Counted from the first letter of the stretch, positions 9,439 to 21,177 are shown. The stretch: DNA of 64,000 bases from Alphaproteobacteria bacterium (GCA_964291415.2 OZ219918.1:736001-800000), one strand, 5' to 3'. A program made the numbers and translations. Notes: a model not told the origin generated them from the sequence alone.

Positions 9439-10074
9439 TCACTTCCCTGGCCGGGGATAGACAATGACGGAAAGAAACCTGATCGGCAACCGAATCAGTG
9501 TCTCGGGCCCGTGCGGGGCGTCGGCGTCAAAGAACAGGGAATCGCCGACCTCCATCCGGTAGCTGGTTCCGGCATGGCGGTAGACCATGGCCCCCTCGAC
9601 GACATAGAGGAACTCCTGGCCGTCGTGCTGGAACACGGGAAAGACCTCGGACTCGTGGGTCAGAGTGATCATGTAGGGTTCGACGGCAACCTCCTTGTGG
9701 ACGCTGTGGCCGAGCAGGGCGTACTGGTGACCGGCGCGGGTTCCGCGGCGTTCGATCTTGAGGCCCTCTCCCGCCTTGACGTGACTGGCGTCGCGCTGTT
9801 CCTCGAATCTCTGGAAGAGTGCGGTAAACGGAACGTTGAGAGCACCGACAAGCCGCTGCAGGGTCCCCAGGGATGGCGATGTGTGGCCGTTCTCGATCTT
9901 CGAGAGCATGCCCCGCGACACCCCGGCCTGAGCCGCAAGTTCCGTCACGGTCATGCCGAGTTGCCGCCGGTGGTGGCGGATCTGATTGCCGATGGAGGCC
10001 TCGAGATCGCGGTCCCCCCGGGTGACGGCGTGGGGATCCTGATCAAGGACCGCAGCAGGCTCATTGTCCCGCAT
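9439..10074 (-). CDS. XRE family HTH-cupin transcriptional regulator
   Basis: ELAAQAGVSRGMLSKIENG..SPSL; cupin FQHDGQEFLYV..G...Y, GDSLFFDADAPHGP. Confidence 0.93.
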   Translation of the reverse strand: MRDNEPAAVLDQDPHAVTRGDRDLEASIGNQIRHHRRQLGMTVTELAAQAGVSRGMLSKIENGHTSPSLGTLQRLVGALNVPFTALFQRFEEQRDASHVKAGEGLKIERRGTRAGHQYALLGHSVHKEVAVEPYMITLTHESEVFPVFQHDGQEFLYVVEGAMVYRHAGTSYRMEVGDSLFFDADAPHGPETLIRLPIRFLSVIVYPRPGK

Positions 10075-10085
10075 GGGATCGCATC

Positions 10086-10307
10086 CTACAGTGTGTCGTC
10101 ATCGAGATGCCCGGCCCCCAGGATCACCGCCACCGGCCCCTTGCCGTCATGGCGCACCATGAAGTGGACGGCCATGCCGGGAGCAATGGCGCCCAGTCTG
10201 GCGCGGGTCGTACGATCGACATCGAACACCATGTCGCCACCGCCGTCGACCGGACGCACGAAGCCGTAGGACCGTTCTGGCCTCAACCAGACGATGTGAC
10301 CATTCAT
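10086..10307 (-). CDS. Divergent cold-shock domain protein
   Basis: G.IVW....SYGFVRP.DGG.D...GKGPVA pattern; RNP2 degenerate. Confidence 0.7.
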   Translation of the reverse strand: MNGHIVWLRPERSYGFVRPVDGGGDMVFDVDRTTRARLGAIAPGMAVHFMVRHDGKGPVAVILGAGHLDDDTL

Positions 10308-10516
10308 GAACGAGACACATGCGGGGGCGGCGTGTCGGGTGTCAAGAGGCAGGATGTGCGGAAATCGCTTGCCCTCGGCGGCATCCTCGCTACACTCGGC
10401 GCGCTTCGGGGGATGTGGTTCTCAGGAGTGGCCGGGCCGTGGGCCAGGGTGTCCACGCGTATACTCAAACCAAAGGATGGAGCGGCGTCGAGGCGCCCCC
10501 GGCGCGTCCCTGACGT

Positions 10517-11050
10517 GTGGCAGTTGTGGAGGACACGACACTGGAGGACAGGCTCGAAAGTCTGATCGCACCGAGCGTGGCGAGCGTCGGTTTCAGCCTT
10601 GTGCGGGTGAAGATGTTCAACCGCCAGGGCAGGATTCTGCAGGTCATGATCGAGCGCGCCGACGGCGACAGCGCGACGATTGACGACTGCGCCATGGTGA
10701 GCCGCCTTGTGAGTGCCCATCTCGATGCCGAGGATCCGGTTTCGGGAGCTTACGACCTTGAGGTGAGCTCCACCGGAATCGACCGTCCTCTGGTGCGCCG
10801 GGAGGATTTCAGCCGGTTCGCCGGTTTCGAGGCGACGGCGTCCATCGATCCGCCGCTCGACGGCAGAAGGCGATTCCAGGGCCGCCTCGCCGGCATGGCC
10901 GACGACAACGTGCAGATGGAACAGTCTCCCGGCTCGATCGTCTGCCTGCCGTTTGCCCGCATTGTCGAAGCGAAACTTGTCCTCAATGACGAACTGATCA
11001 GGGAAACGGCGCAGCCGGCCGGCGAACCGGCCGTGGCCGAGGCGGGATAG
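10517..11050 (+). CDS. rimP: Ribosome maturation factor RimP
   Basis: LQVMIER, IDDCA.VSR.VSA.LD.EDP, Y.LEVSS.GIDRPL. Confidence 0.95.
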   Translation: MAVVEDTTLEDRLESLIAPSVASVGFSLVRVKMFNRQGRILQVMIERADGDSATIDDCAMVSRLVSAHLDAEDPVSGAYDLEVSSTGIDRPLVRREDFSRFAGFEATASIDPPLDGRRRFQGRLAGMADDNVQMEQSPGSIVCLPFARIVEAKLVLNDELIRETAQPAGEPAVAEAG

Positions 11051-11054
11051 GATC

Positions 11055-12632
11055 ATGGCGGCTGTGACGAACGTGGCGCACAGGGATCTGCTGCAGATCG
11101 CGGCGACCGTGGCGACAGAGAAAGGCATCGAGCGCGAGACCGTGATCGAGGCACTCGAACAGGCGATCCAGAGTGCCGCGATGAAGAAGTACGGTGAACT
11201 CGATATCAGGGTCGAGATCGACCGCACGTCCGGTGCGGTGACGCTGTTGCTCTACCGCGAGGTCGTCGGGGATGACGTCGAGCTGCAGCCGGGTCTGCAC
11301 ATCACTCTCGATGAGGCACGCCGGAAGAATCCCGTCGCCGAGGTCGGGGACTTCATCACCGAGGATCTGCCGCCGGTCGAATTCGGACGCATCTCCGCCC
11401 AGGGCGCCAAGCAGACCATCATGCAGAAGGTTCGCGAGGCCGAGCGCGCCCGCCAGTACAACGAATTCAAGGACCGCGTCGGGGAGATTATCAATGGAGT
11501 CGTCAAGCGCGACGAGCGCGGCAACCAGATCGTCGATCTGGGACGTGCCGAGGCGATGTTGCGGCGCGATGACTGCCTGCCGCGCGAGCCGTTGCGCCGC
11601 GGAGACCGGGTGAGGGCCTATGTCTACGACGTGCGCCAGGAGTCCCGTGGCCCGCAGGTCTTCATCTCGCGCGTGCACCCCGATTTCATGCGCAAGCTCT
11701 TCGAAATGGAGGTCCCGGAGATCTATGACGGGATCATCGAGATCCGCGCGGTCGCCCGCGACGCCGGGAGCCGGGCAAAGATCGCCGTCAGGACCAACGA
11801 CGACTCCATTGATCCCGTTGGCGCCTGCGTCGGCATGCGGGGCAGCCGTGTTCAGGCCGTCGTCAACGAGCTGGGCGGCGAGAAGATCGACATCATTCCC
11901 TGGTCGCCGGACACCGCCACCTTCGTCGTAAACGCCCTGCAGCCGGCGGAGGTCGCCAAGGTTGTCATGGACGAAGCGGAGCGGCGCATGGAAGTCGTGG
12001 TTCCGGATGACCAGTTGTCCCTGGCGATTGGCAGGCGCGGCCAGAATGTGCGCCTCGCCTCGCAACTCGTAGGCTGGGACATCGATATCATGACGGAAAG
12101 CGGCGAATCGGAGCGCCGCACCAATGAAATGCGCGTGCAGTCCGAGCACTTCATGGAAGCGCTCGACGTCGATGACGTGCTTGCCAGACTCCTCGTGACC
12201 GAGGGATTCTCGGAGGTCGAGGAGATTGCCTTCGAGTCCACCGAGGAACTGCTTTCCATCGAGGGACTCGACGAGGGAATCGCCCAGGAACTGCAGAACC
12301 GGGCCATCGCGTTTGTTCAGGAGCGCGATCTTCAGTTCGATGCCAGGCGCCAGGAACTTGGCGTCGAGGACGACGTTGCCGCCGTTGACGGACTGACGCC
12401 GGCCTTCCTTGTCGAGCTGGGCGAGAAGGGAATCAGGACTCTCGACGATCTGGCCGACCTGGCGGCTGACGAGTTGCTGCAGGACTATCTGCCCGGCACG
12501 TACCTGACGCCGGATGACGCCAACGCCATCATCATGGCGGCACGTGCCCACTGGTTCGAGGGTGAGGAAGACGGCCACGCGACCGGGCCGTCCGCGCAAG
12601 GTGACAACGCTGATGCCCGGTCCGAACACTAA
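11055..12632 (+). CDS. nusA: Transcription termination/antitermination factor NusA
   Basis: [48 protein letters not shown]. Confidence 0.98.
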   Translation: MAAVTNVAHRDLLQIAATVATEKGIERETVIEALEQAIQSAAMKKYGELDIRVEIDRTSGAVTLLLYREVVGDDVELQPGLHITLDEARRKNPVAEVGDFITEDLPPVEFGRISAQGAKQTIMQKVREAERARQYNEFKDRVGEIINGVVKRDERGNQIVDLGRAEAMLRRDDCLPREPLRRGDRVRAYVYDVRQESRGPQVFISRVHPDFMRKLFEMEVPEIYDGIIEIRAVARDAGSRAKIAVRTNDDSIDPVGACVGMRGSRVQAVVNELGGEKIDIIPWSPDTATFVVNALQPAEVAKVVMDEAERRMEVVVPDDQLSLAIGRRGQNVRLASQLVGWDIDIMTESGESERRTNEMRVQSEHFMEALDVDDVLARLLVTEGFSEVEEIAFESTEELLSIEGLDEGIAQELQNRAIAFVQERDLQFDARRQELGVEDDVAAVDGLTPAFLVELGEKGIRTLDDLADLAADELLQDYLPGTYLTPDDANAIIMAARAHWFEGEEDGHATGPSAQGDNADARSEH

Positions 12633-13209
12633 TGTCCAGCGGCGCTGCATAGCGACCGGCAGGTCCGTCGACAAGTCGGAGCTGGTGCGCTTCGTACTGG
12701 CACCGTCAGGGGACATTGTGCCGGATGTGGCGGAACGCCTGCCCGGACGCGGCGTCTGGGTATCCGCCCGGCGCGACGCCATCGACCGCGCGGTTGCCAG
12801 AAAGCAGTTCAGCCGTGGTCTGCGCCGGCCGGTGGCCGCTGGCTCAGATCTCGCCGACTCCGTGGAGAGCCTGCTCGTCCGGCGGATTGTCGAGCTCCTG
12901 GGATTCGCCCGCCGGGCGGGCGAGGCCGTATGTGGATTCGAGAAGTGCCGCGCATTTCTCTCAAGGGAGGGAAGCCTCCTGCTGCACGCCCGTGACGGCT
13001 CGGCCGCCGGCCTCGACAAGCTCGCCGGACGATCGTCCGTCACGGTGTTGCGGGTCCTGGATCGCGTCGAACTCGGCGAAGCGTTTGGCCGGATCGACGC
13101 GGTTCACGTGGCTCTTCATTCCGGTGGCCTGGCCACCAGGATCGCGCGGGAATGTGCCCGCCTCGCGGGATTTCGAGGACTCGCCGAACAAGGCATGGAA
13201 GGAACCTGA
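12613..13209 (+). CDS. YlxR/DUF448 RNA-binding protein fused to an L7Ae-like domain
   Basis: RRCIATG, LVRFVLAP.G..VPD....LPGRGVWV; LGFARRAG..V.GFEK; conserved position between nusA and infB. Confidence 0.9.
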   Translation: MPGPNTNVQRRCIATGRSVDKSELVRFVLAPSGDIVPDVAERLPGRGVWVSARRDAIDRAVARKQFSRGLRRPVAAGSDLADSVESLLVRRIVELLGFARRAGEAVCGFEKCRAFLSREGSLLLHARDGSAAGLDKLAGRSSVTVLRVLDRVELGEAFGRIDAVHVALHSGGLATRIARECARLAGFRGLAEQGMEGT

Positions 13210-13212
13210 AGG

Positions 13213-15807
13213 ATGGCAACCACGGACGAAGGCCCACGCAAGCCGACGCTGAGTCTCGGCGGGCGCAGGCAGGTCGAGCGCAAGACGACCGAGGTCAGCG
13301 GCTCCGTACAGCAGAGCTTCAGCCATGGCCGCAAGAAGAATGTCGCCGTCGTGGTCAAGAAGCGGCGCACCCTGCGCGCCGGCCGCCAGGACAGCGCCGA
13401 GTCCCGGAGCGCCACTCCGGCGCCGGAGGCCAGCGAGCCCGTCGCGGAGCAGGAAACCGCGACTCCGGTGAAGGAAGAGGCCAACCGGCGCTCATCCCTG
13501 GTTCTGCGGCATCTCAGTCCCGAAGAGCGCGAGAGCCGTCTGCGTGCCCTTGAACAGGCGCAGAAGGCTGACGAGGAAGCCCGCGTTCTGGCGGGCGAGC
13601 AGGCGCGTCTGAGGGCCGAGGAGGAGGCGAGGCTCAAGGCTGAACGCGAGGAGGCCGAGCGCCGGGCCCGCGAGGAAGCCGAACGGCGCGAACGGGAGGA
13701 AGAGGCCCGTCGGCGGGCTGAAGAACAGGCCAGGCGGCAACTCGACAGACAGCGCGATTCCGCCGAGAAACGCGATGAGGCTCCGGCGACCGAGGCGCCC
13801 TCTCCCGCGGCCGATCCCGAGGATGAGCCCAAGCGGGGCAAGCGCGACCAGAAACGTTCCGCCCTGGCCCCGGGCAAGCGTGCCGCCGGCCGACGCCGGA
13901 GCGGCAAGCTCACCGTTGCCCAGGCCCTGAACGAGGAGGACCGCGAGGAGCGGGCACGCAGCCTCGCTGCGGCAAGACGGGCCCGCGAGAAGCTGCGCCA
14001 GCAGCAGCTCGAGCGTAAGGCGGTCACGGGATCGACGAAGAAGATGGTGCGCGATGTCGTCGTGCCGGAGGTCATTCTCGTGAGCGAACTGGCCAACCGC
14101 ATGGCGGTGCGCGGCAGCGAGATCGTCAAGAAGATGATGGAAATGGGCCAGATGGTGACCATCAACCAGACCATCGACGCCGATACGGCCGAGGTCGTCG
14201 TGGCGGAGTTCGGGCATCGGGCGCGACGCGTCTCGGAGGCCGATATCGAGGTCGGGCTGAAACAGGATGATGATCCCGAGGACATGAAGCAGGCGCGTGC
14301 GCCGGTGGTCACGGTCATGGGCCACGTGGATCACGGCAAGACGTCCCTGCTCGATGCCCTGCGTCGTACTGACGTGGTGTCCGGCGAGGCCGGAGGCATC
14401 ACGCAGCACATCGGTGCCTACCAGGTCCGTCTCGATGGCGGCGAACGGATCACGTTCCTGGACACGCCCGGCCATGCCGCCTTCACGTCCATGCGTGCCC
14501 GCGGCGCCAGTGTCACGGACATCGTGGTGCTGGTGGTGGCGGCCGACGATTCGGTGATGCCCCAGACGAGGGAAGCGATCGACCACGCCAGGGCGGCCGA
14601 GGTGCCGATCATCGTGGCCATCAACAAGTGCGACCTTCCCGGCGCCGAGCCCGACAGGGTGCGTCAGGATCTGCTGCGCAACAGCCTGGTGGTCGAATCG
14701 CTGGGAGGCGACATTCTCGATGTCGAGATCTCGGCTCTCAAGGGTGATGGTCTCGACCGTCTCGAGGAGGCCATCCTGCTGCAGGCCGAGGTTCTCGAAC
14801 TCAAGGCGAATCCGGATCGCGAAGCCGAAGGCGTCGTTGTCGAGGCCAAACTCGACAAGGGCCGTGGTCCCGTTTCCACGGTGCTGGTGCAGCGTGGAAC
14901 GCTGGAAGTCGGAGACACGGTGGTGGTCGGCAATGCCTGGGGCAGGGTCCGCGCCCTGATCGATGACCGGGGCAGCAACGTCAAGACTGCCGGTCCCGCC
15001 CTGCCGGTCGAGATTCTCGGACTATCCGGGGCGCCGCTGGCGGGTGACGAGTTCTTTGTCGTGGAGAACGAACGGCGGGCGAGGGAAGTGGCCGCCTACC
15101 GCGCAGCGCAGGAGCGCCAGAAGAAGATCACCGCCACGGGCCGGGGTTCGTTCGACCAGATTCTCGCCGGCATCAAGGCGGGCAAGGCGACGGAACTTCC
15201 CATCGTCGTCAAGACGGATGTCCAGGGTTCGGCGGAAGCCATCGCCGACAGTCTCCTGGCCTTCGGCACCGAGGAAGTCAAACCCCGCATCCTGTTGTCC
15301 GCCGTCGGTGGTGTGACCGAAAGCGATGTGACGCTGGCGAGCGCCTCCAATGCGGTCATCCTGGGATTCAATGTGCGGGCCAACAGTCTGGCCCGCCGTC
15401 TCGCTGCCCGTGAGGGCGTGGAGATCCTCTATTTCCGGGTGATCTACGAACTTCTCGACCAGGTGAAGGACATGCTGGCGGGTCTGCTCAAGCCGGCAAC
15501 GGAGGAACAGGTCCTCGGGGCTGCCCAGGTTCTGGAGACATTCGATATCTCGGGCGCCGGGACGATTGCCGGTTGCCGCGTGATGGACGGCTACATTCGC
15601 GCCAGTGCACGGGTCAGGTTGCTGCGAGGCGGACGTACCATGTTCGACGGTTCGATCCGGTCGTTGCGTCATCACAAGGACCAGGTCCGCGAGGTCCGTC
15701 AGGGCAGCGAATGCGGCATTCAGCTTGCCGATCACCAGGACATCGAGATCGGTGACGAGATCGAGGCCTATGAACTGAAACAGGTCGCCCGAACGCTGGA
15801 TGCCTGA
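13213..15807 (+). CDS. infB: Translation initiation factor IF-2
   Basis: [42 protein letters not shown]. Confidence 0.99.
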   Translation: MATTDEGPRKPTLSLGGRRQVERKTTEVSGSVQQSFSHGRKKNVAVVVKKRRTLRAGRQDSAESRSATPAPEASEPVAEQETATPVKEEANRRSSLVLRHLSPEERESRLRALEQAQKADEEARVLAGEQARLRAEEEARLKAEREEAERRAREEAERREREEEARRRAEEQARRQLDRQRDSAEKRDEAPATEAPSPAADPEDEPKRGKRDQKRSALAPGKRAAGRRRSGKLTVAQALNEEDREERARSLAAARRAREKLRQQQLERKAVTGSTKKMVRDVVVPEVILVSELANRMAVRGSEIVKKMMEMGQMVTINQTIDADTAEVVVAEFGHRARRVSEADIEVGLKQDDDPEDMKQARAPVVTVMGHVDHGKTSLLDALRRTDVVSGEAGGITQHIGAYQVRLDGGERITFLDTPGHAAFTSMRARGASVTDIVVLVVAADDSVMPQTREAIDHARAAEVPIIVAINKCDLPGAEPDRVRQDLLRNSLVVESLGGDILDVEISALKGDGLDRLEEAILLQAEVLELKANPDREAEGVVVEAKLDKGRGPVSTVLVQRGTLEVGDTVVVGNAWGRVRALIDDRGSNVKTAGPALPVEILGLSGAPLAGDEFFVVENERRAREVAAYRAAQERQKKITATGRGSFDQILAGIKAGKATELPIVVKTDVQGSAEAIADSLLAFGTEEVKPRILLSAVGGVTESDVTLASASNAVILGFNVRANSLARRLAAREGVEILYFRVIYELLDQVKDMLAGLLKPATEEQVLGAAQVLETFDISGAGTIAGCRVMDGYIRASARVRLLRGGRTMFDGSIRSLRHHKDQVREVRQGSECGIQLADHQDIEIGDEIEAYELKQVARTLDA

Positions 15808-16171
15808 TGTGAGGCAGCGCAACAACCAGCGTCGATTGAGGGTGGGCGAGGAGATCCGCCATGTGCTGTCGGACATGTTTGCCCGGGACGAAGTTCACGA
15901 TCCGGCGCTCTTCGGCCGGGCGATCACCGTCTCCGAAGTCCGCATGAGCGTCGATCTCAGGCACGCCGCCTGCTACATCATGCCGCTCGGCGGGGAGAAT
16001 GTCGGCGACGTGCTGGAAGGGTTGGAGCGGGCGACGCCATGGTTGCGTGGCGAGGTCTCGCGCCGGGTGCGTCTGCGGGTGGCGCCTGAGCTTGTCTTCC
16101 ACGCGGATCGCGGATTCGACCATGCCCAGCGCATCCGCGACCTGCTCGAGACGTCAGGCCGCCCCTCGTAA
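15800..16171 (+). CDS. rbfA: 30S ribosome-binding factor A
   Basis: R.LRVGEEIRHVLS, ITVSEVRMS.DLR.A, LR..PEL.F..D. Confidence 0.95.
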   Translation: MPDVRQRNNQRRLRVGEEIRHVLSDMFARDEVHDPALFGRAITVSEVRMSVDLRHAACYIMPLGGENVGDVLEGLERATPWLRGEVSRRVRLRVAPELVFHADRGFDHAQRIRDLLETSGRPS

Positions 16172-16177
16172 GCCCGC

Positions 16178-17098
16178 ATGAGGCGAGGGAGCCGCATTCA
16201 TGGCTGGCTTGTCTGTGACAAGCCGGCTGGTGTGACATCGAGTCAGCTGGTAGGGCGGGCGCGCCGACTCACCGGTGCTGCCCGCCTCGGGCATGGCGGC
16301 ACGCTCGATCCCCTGGCCACCGGCGTTCTTCCGGTAGCCCTGGGCGAGGCGACGAAAACCATCGCCTGGTGCCAGGACGCTCTCAAGACCTACCGTGTCA
16401 CGGCACGCTGGGGAGTCTCGACGTCCACCGACGATACCGAAGGCGATGTCACCGGAACATCCGAGGTGCGGCCATCGGCGGACAGGATCGGGGCCGTCCT
16501 TGCGTCCTTTACCGGCGATGTCAGCCAGACGCCTCCTGCCTTTTCGGCCGTCAAGGTGGCTGGCCGGCGCGCCTACGCACTCGCACGAAAGGACATCATG
16601 CCTGACCTCAAGCCCCGCCTTGTGAGGATTGAGCGGATCACGCTGCTCGCCATCGAGGATGGAGACCACGCATCGTTCGAGGTGGTGTGCGGCAAGGGGA
16701 CCTACATGCGCGCCCTTGTTCGCGACATGGGGTTGCGTCTTGGCACATTGGGTCATGTTCATGCCCTGCGTCGCACCCGGGTGGGACCGTTTTCGCTGTC
16801 CATGGCGATTTCTGTGGATTCCTGGCTGGAACGTGGTAGGAATGCGCGCGCTTGCGGGGTGATCCATCCCGTGGAGACGGCGCTGGTCGACATCCCGGCG
16901 CTTGTAGTCACGGAATTGCAGGCACGTCAGCTCAGACACGGGCAGGCGGTCCGGATCGGCCAGACCTGCAAGGGTACCGTTCGCCTCCAGGACGACCACG
17001 GGCTTGTCGCGATAGCGAAATCCGATGGTGATCTGGTTCGACCGGTTCGCGTTTTCAACCATGACGGAACACGAGGTCACGATGTCGATCACAGCTGA
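16178..17098 (+). CDS. truB: tRNA pseudouridine(55) synthase TruB (3' end overlaps rpsO)
   Basis: [41 protein letters not shown]. Confidence 0.95.
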   Translation: MRRGSRIHGWLVCDKPAGVTSSQLVGRARRLTGAARLGHGGTLDPLATGVLPVALGEATKTIAWCQDALKTYRVTARWGVSTSTDDTEGDVTGTSEVRPSADRIGAVLASFTGDVSQTPPAFSAVKVAGRRAYALARKDIMPDLKPRLVRIERITLLAIEDGDHASFEVVCGKGTYMRALVRDMGLRLGTLGHVHALRRTRVGPFSLSMAISVDSWLERGRNARACGVIHPVETALVDIPALVVTELQARQLRHGQAVRIGQTCKGTVRLQDDHGLVAIAKSDGDLVRPVRVFNHDGTRGHDVDHS

Positions 17099-17351
17099 AC
17101 GCAAGGGCGAATTGATTCGCCAGCATGGCCGCACCGACGGTGATACCGGATCACCCGAGGTGCAGATCGCCATCCTGACGGAACGCATCACCAATCTCAC
17201 CGAACACTTCAAGTTCCACCGCAAGGACAAGCACTCCAGGCGGGGTCTGCTCATGCTGGTCAGCAGGCGCCGGGCTCTGCTGGACTACCTGCGTGGCCGG
17301 GACGAGAGTCGCTATCGTTCGATTGTCGGTAGCCTGGGTCTGCGCCGCTGA
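17082..17351 (+). CDS. rpsO: 30S ribosomal protein S15
   Basis: [37 protein letters not shown]; GAGG RBS. Confidence 0.98.
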   Translation: MSITAERKGELIRQHGRTDGDTGSPEVQIAILTERITNLTEHFKFHRKDKHSRRGLLMLVSRRRALLDYLRGRDESRYRSIVGSLGLRR

Positions 17352-17373
17352 CACCTGCGGCGAGGCATGGCGG

Positions 17374-17520
17374 AAGCGCACGTCGTCAGGCGGGCCTCCT
17401 CTGGAGGGCGCCTGGCTGGGACTGTCATGGCCGGTTCATCGTTGATACCGGATCATGTCAGGGAATCTTCACATCACAATGGGCGGAGTGCGCTGATTCC
17501 GCCAATGTCAGGGAACAACA
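17374..17520 (+). promoter_or_regulatory. Structured pnp leader (three hairpins; 11-nt direct repeat ATGTCAGGGAA)
   Basis: Inverted repeats caggcg..cctcc/ggagg..cgcctg, catg.ccgg/ccgg..catg, ggcggagt/attccgcc; repeat at 17455 and 17505. Confidence 0.45.
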
Positions 17521-17523
17521 CGC

Positions 17524-19707
17524 ATGTTTGATATTCATAAGAAGGAACTAGTCTGGGGTGGCCGCACGCTGACGCTGGAAACCGGGCGCGTCGCCCGTCA
17601 GGCGGACGGAGCGGTGCTCGCGACCTACGGTGCGACCACCGTATTGTGCACGGCCGTGGCCCAGAAACAGCCACGCGAGGGCGTGGACTTTTTTCCGCTC
17701 ACCGTGAACTACCAGGAAAAGGCCTTCGCGGCCGGCAAGATTCCCGGAGGATTCTTCAAGCGGGAAGGGCGCCCGAGCGAAAAGGAAACCCTGTCGTCGC
17801 GTATTATCGACCGGTCGATCCGGCCGCTCTTCGCCTCCGGATTCCGCAACGAGACACAGGTCATCTGTACCGTGCTCGCCCACGACCTCGAGAATGATCC
17901 GGATGTCGTCGCCCTGGTCGGATCCTCCGCCGCGCTGGCCATATCGGGTATCCCGTTCAACGGTCCCGTCGGCTGCGCCAGGGTCGGCTTCATCGATGGC
18001 GAGTATGTCCTCAACCCGTTGCTGAGACAGATGAGCGAATCCCGCCTCGATCTCGTGGTCGCCGGACGTTCTGATGCCGTCATGATGGTGGAGTCCGAGG
18101 CGCAGGAGCTGAGCGAGGACGAGATGCTCGGTGCCGTGATGTTTGCCCAGCAGGAGTTCCAGCCGGTGATCGCCGCCATCAGCGACCTTGCCGCAGCCTG
18201 CGGCCGGGATCCCTGGCGCGTGCCGGAGCCCGAAGACACGGGCGATCTCGAGAGCGCGGTACGCGACATCATCGGTGAAGAACTCGCCGATGCGTACCGG
18301 GAGGCCGACAAGCAGACCCGCCAGGAGAGACTGCAGGCAGCCAGAAGCACGGTGAGGGAGCGCTTTGCCAAGGACGAATCGGTGACGAGCGACACCCTGG
18401 CGGGAGTTCTCAAGTCCCTCGAAAAGGCGACCATGCGCGATGCCACCCTGAGCTCGGGCGTGCGCGTCGACGGTCGGCAGACCAACGCCGTCCGTCAGAT
18501 TTCATCGCAAGTCGGCGTTCTCGAACGCTCCCATGGTTCGTCACTTTTCACCAGGGGGGAGACCCAGGCGCTCGTGACCGTGACGCTGGGAACCGGGCAG
18601 GACGAGCAGGTGATGGATGCCCTTGCGGGTGAGTACCGTGAGCACTTCATGCTGCACTACAACTTTCCGCCCTACTCGGTGGGCGAGGCGAGTTTCCTGC
18701 GCTCTCCTGGCCGCCGCGAGATCGGTCACGGCAAGCTGGCCTGGCGCGCCATCCACCCGCTGCTGCCGGAAAAGGAGAAGTTCCCCTACACCATCAGGGT
18801 GGTCTCGGAGATCACCGAATCAAACGGTTCCTCGTCGATGGCGACGGTATGCGGCAGTTCGCTCGCGCTGATGGATGCCGGCGTGCCGCTGACACGGCCC
18901 TGCGCCGGCATTGCCATGGGTCTCATCAAGGAAGGCGACCGGTTCGTCGTTCTCTCCGACATCCTTGGAGACGAGGACCACCTGGGTGACATGGACTTCA
19001 AGGTAGCGGGCACCGGGAACGGCGTCACGAGCCTGCAGATGGACATCAAGATCGCCGGCATCACCCGGGAGATCATGTCCGTCGCTCTCGAACAGGCACG
19101 TGAAGGCCGACTTCACATTCTGGAGGAAATGGCGCGCGCGATCGGCTCGACGCGAGACACGCTGTCGGACTTCGCGCCGCGCATCACCACGATCAAGGTT
19201 CCTTCCGACAGGATTCGCGACATCATCGGACCGGGCGGCAAGGTCATCCGCGAGATGACGGAGGTCAGCGGAACCAAGATCGATGTCGAGGATGATGGAA
19301 CCGTCAAGATCGCGTCCTCGGATCCCTCGGCAACCGACACGGCCCTGACGATGATCAGGGACATCGTCGCCGAACCGGAGGTCGGTGTGATCTATGATGG
19401 AACCGTGGTCAAGTGCCTCGATTTCGGCGCGTTTGTCAACTTCATCGGCAAGCGGGACGGCCTCGTGCACATTTCCGAACTGGCGCAGGGTCGTGTGGCC
19501 ACCGTCGGCGACGTGGTCAAGGAAGGAGACCGCGTGAAGGTCAAAGTCCTGGGGATCGATGATCGCGGCAAGGTGAAGCTCTCCATGAGGGTGGTCGATC
19601 AGGAGACTGGCGAGGACATCACGGAACAGGTCGGTGAACGCGAACAGCCAAAGCGCCGTGAACGCAGGGATGACGGCCGCAAACCCCGCCGGCCGCATCA
19701 CAATTGA
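17524..19707 (+). CDS. pnp: Polyribonucleotide nucleotidyltransferase
   Basis: [48 protein letters not shown]; KH and S1 domains. Confidence 0.99.
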   Translation: MFDIHKKELVWGGRTLTLETGRVARQADGAVLATYGATTVLCTAVAQKQPREGVDFFPLTVNYQEKAFAAGKIPGGFFKREGRPSEKETLSSRIIDRSIRPLFASGFRNETQVICTVLAHDLENDPDVVALVGSSAALAISGIPFNGPVGCARVGFIDGEYVLNPLLRQMSESRLDLVVAGRSDAVMMVESEAQELSEDEMLGAVMFAQQEFQPVIAAISDLAAACGRDPWRVPEPEDTGDLESAVRDIIGEELADAYREADKQTRQERLQAARSTVRERFAKDESVTSDTLAGVLKSLEKATMRDATLSSGVRVDGRQTNAVRQISSQVGVLERSHGSSLFTRGETQALVTVTLGTGQDEQVMDALAGEYREHFMLHYNFPPYSVGEASFLRSPGRREIGHGKLAWRAIHPLLPEKEKFPYTIRVVSEITESNGSSSMATVCGSSLALMDAGVPLTRPCAGIAMGLIKEGDRFVVLSDILGDEDHLGDMDFKVAGTGNGVTSLQMDIKIAGITREIMSVALEQAREGRLHILEEMARAIGSTRDTLSDFAPRITTIKVPSDRIRDIIGPGGKVIREMTEVSGTKIDVEDDGTVKIASSDPSATDTALTMIRDIVAEPEVGVIYDGTVVKCLDFGAFVNFIGKRDGLVHISELAQGRVATVGDVVKEGDRVKVKVLGIDDRGKVKLSMRVVDQETGEDITEQVGEREQPKRRERRDDGRKPRRPHHN

Positions 19708-19779
19708 ACGCATCACTGGATGATGGGACACGATGTAACGTGTCATAATGGCGTACCGTAGCCAGGGGAGACCGGGTGG

Positions 19780-21177
19780 GTGAAGCCGCTGAACTCCATA
19801 CGCATCTCGGGACGCGACGTTCTGCCCCTTGTCGAAGGCGGCAAGGGGATCTCGATTTCGAATGGCGAGAGTTCAGGCGCCTGGGCGAACTGTGGCGGCG
19901 TCGGCACGTTTTCCGGCGTCAACGCTGATCATCGTGACGAGAGCGGGGAACTGATCCCCCAGGTCTACACGGGGCGCAGCCGCAAGGAGCGGCATGAGGA
20001 GCTGGTGGAGTTCGGAATCAAGGGTGGCATTCACCAGGCACAGGTGGCCCACGAACTTGCCGCCGGCGAGGGCGTCATTCATGTGAACGTCCTGTGGGAG
20101 ATGGGGGGATGCGAGAGAGTGCTGCACGGCGTTCTCGAGGGAGCCAAGGGACTGGTCCATGGCGTCACGTGCGGCGCCGGCATGCCCTACAAGATGGCCC
20201 AGATCTGTTCGGAGTACGGTGTCTACTACTACCCGATCACCAGTTCCGCCCGGGCCTTCAACATCCTGTGGAAACGCGCCTATCATCGATTTCCCGAGCT
20301 GCTGGGAGGTGTCGTCTACGAAGATCCGTGGCGCGCCGGCGGACACAATGGTCTCTCCAATGTCGAGGATCCGGAGGTTCCCGAAGACCCCTATCCCAGG
20401 GTCGTCGCATTGCGCAAGGTGATGCAGAGTGTCGGTCTTGATGACACTCCCATCTTCATGGCCGGAGGTGTGTGGCGCGTCGACGAGTGGCTTGACTGGC
20501 TTGACAATCCCGAGGTCGGCCCCGTGGCCTTCCAGTTCGGAACACGTCCTCTGCTGACCGAGGAAAGCCCGATCTCGGATACATGGAAGCGGCGATTGCT
20601 CACGCTGCGCGAGGGCGAGATCAGTCTCAACCGGTTCAGTCCGACCGGGTTCTATTCATCGGCGGTGGAGAACAGCTTCCTTCTCGAACTCAAGACACGC
20701 AATCGCCGCCAGGTCGCGTATGCGACCGAACCTGTCGGCGATCATGTGGTCGAGTTCGCCTTTGGTCCCCGGGGGCGCCTCGTCTACCTCACGGAGCACG
20801 ATCTCGACGAGGTCCGTCAATGGGTCGCGGCAGGGTTCAGCGACCCCCTGAAGACGCCCGATTCCACTCTGGTTTTCGTCACGCCCGAGAAATCCCGGCA
20901 GATCCGTACCGATCAGATCGAGTGCATGGGCTGTCTCAGCCAGTGCCGGTTCTCGAACTGGAAGTGCAGCGAAACGGGGACCACCGGCCGCAAACCGGAT
21001 CCTCGCAGCTATTGCATCCAGAAGACCCTGCAGGTCATCAGCCATTCCGACGACATTGAAACCCAGCTCATGTTCGCCGGTCACAACGCTTACCGATTTG
21101 CCAACGACCCCTGGTACGCCAACGGCTTCATTCCGAGCGTGGCACAACTGATGGACCGCCTTCAGACCGGTCAGTAG
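19780..21177 (+). CDS. Nitronate monooxygenase family FMN oxidoreductase with a C-terminal Cys cluster
   Basis: PLVEGGKG, GAGMP, AGGHNG, AFQFGTR, CMGCLSQC...YCIQ. Confidence 0.85.
   Translation: MKPLNSIRISGRDVLPLVEGGKGISISNGESSGAWANCGGVGTFSGVNADHRDESGELIPQVYTGRSRKERHEELVEFGIKGGIHQAQVAHELAAGEGVIHVNVLWEMGGCERVLHGVLEGAKGLVHGVTCGAGMPYKMAQICSEYGVYYYPITSSARAFNILWKRAYHRFPELLGGVVYEDPWRAGGHNGLSNVEDPEVPEDPYPRVVALRKVMQSVGLDDTPIFMAGGVWRVDEWLDWLDNPEVGPVAFQFGTRPLLTEESPISDTWKRRLLTLREGEISLNRFSPTGFYSSAVENSFLLELKTRNRRQVAYATEPVGDHVVEFAFGPRGRLVYLTEHDLDEVRQWVAAGFSDPLKTPDSTLVFVTPEKSRQIRTDQIECMGCLSQCRFSNWKCSETGTTGRKPDPRSYCIQKTLQVISHSDDIETQLMFAGHNAYRFANDPWYANGFIPSVAQLMDRLQTGQ

Noticed and set aside
13560-13790. Repetitive GAG/GCC/CGC-rich tract
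   Set aside because: The normal E/A/R-rich coiled-coil linker of IF-2
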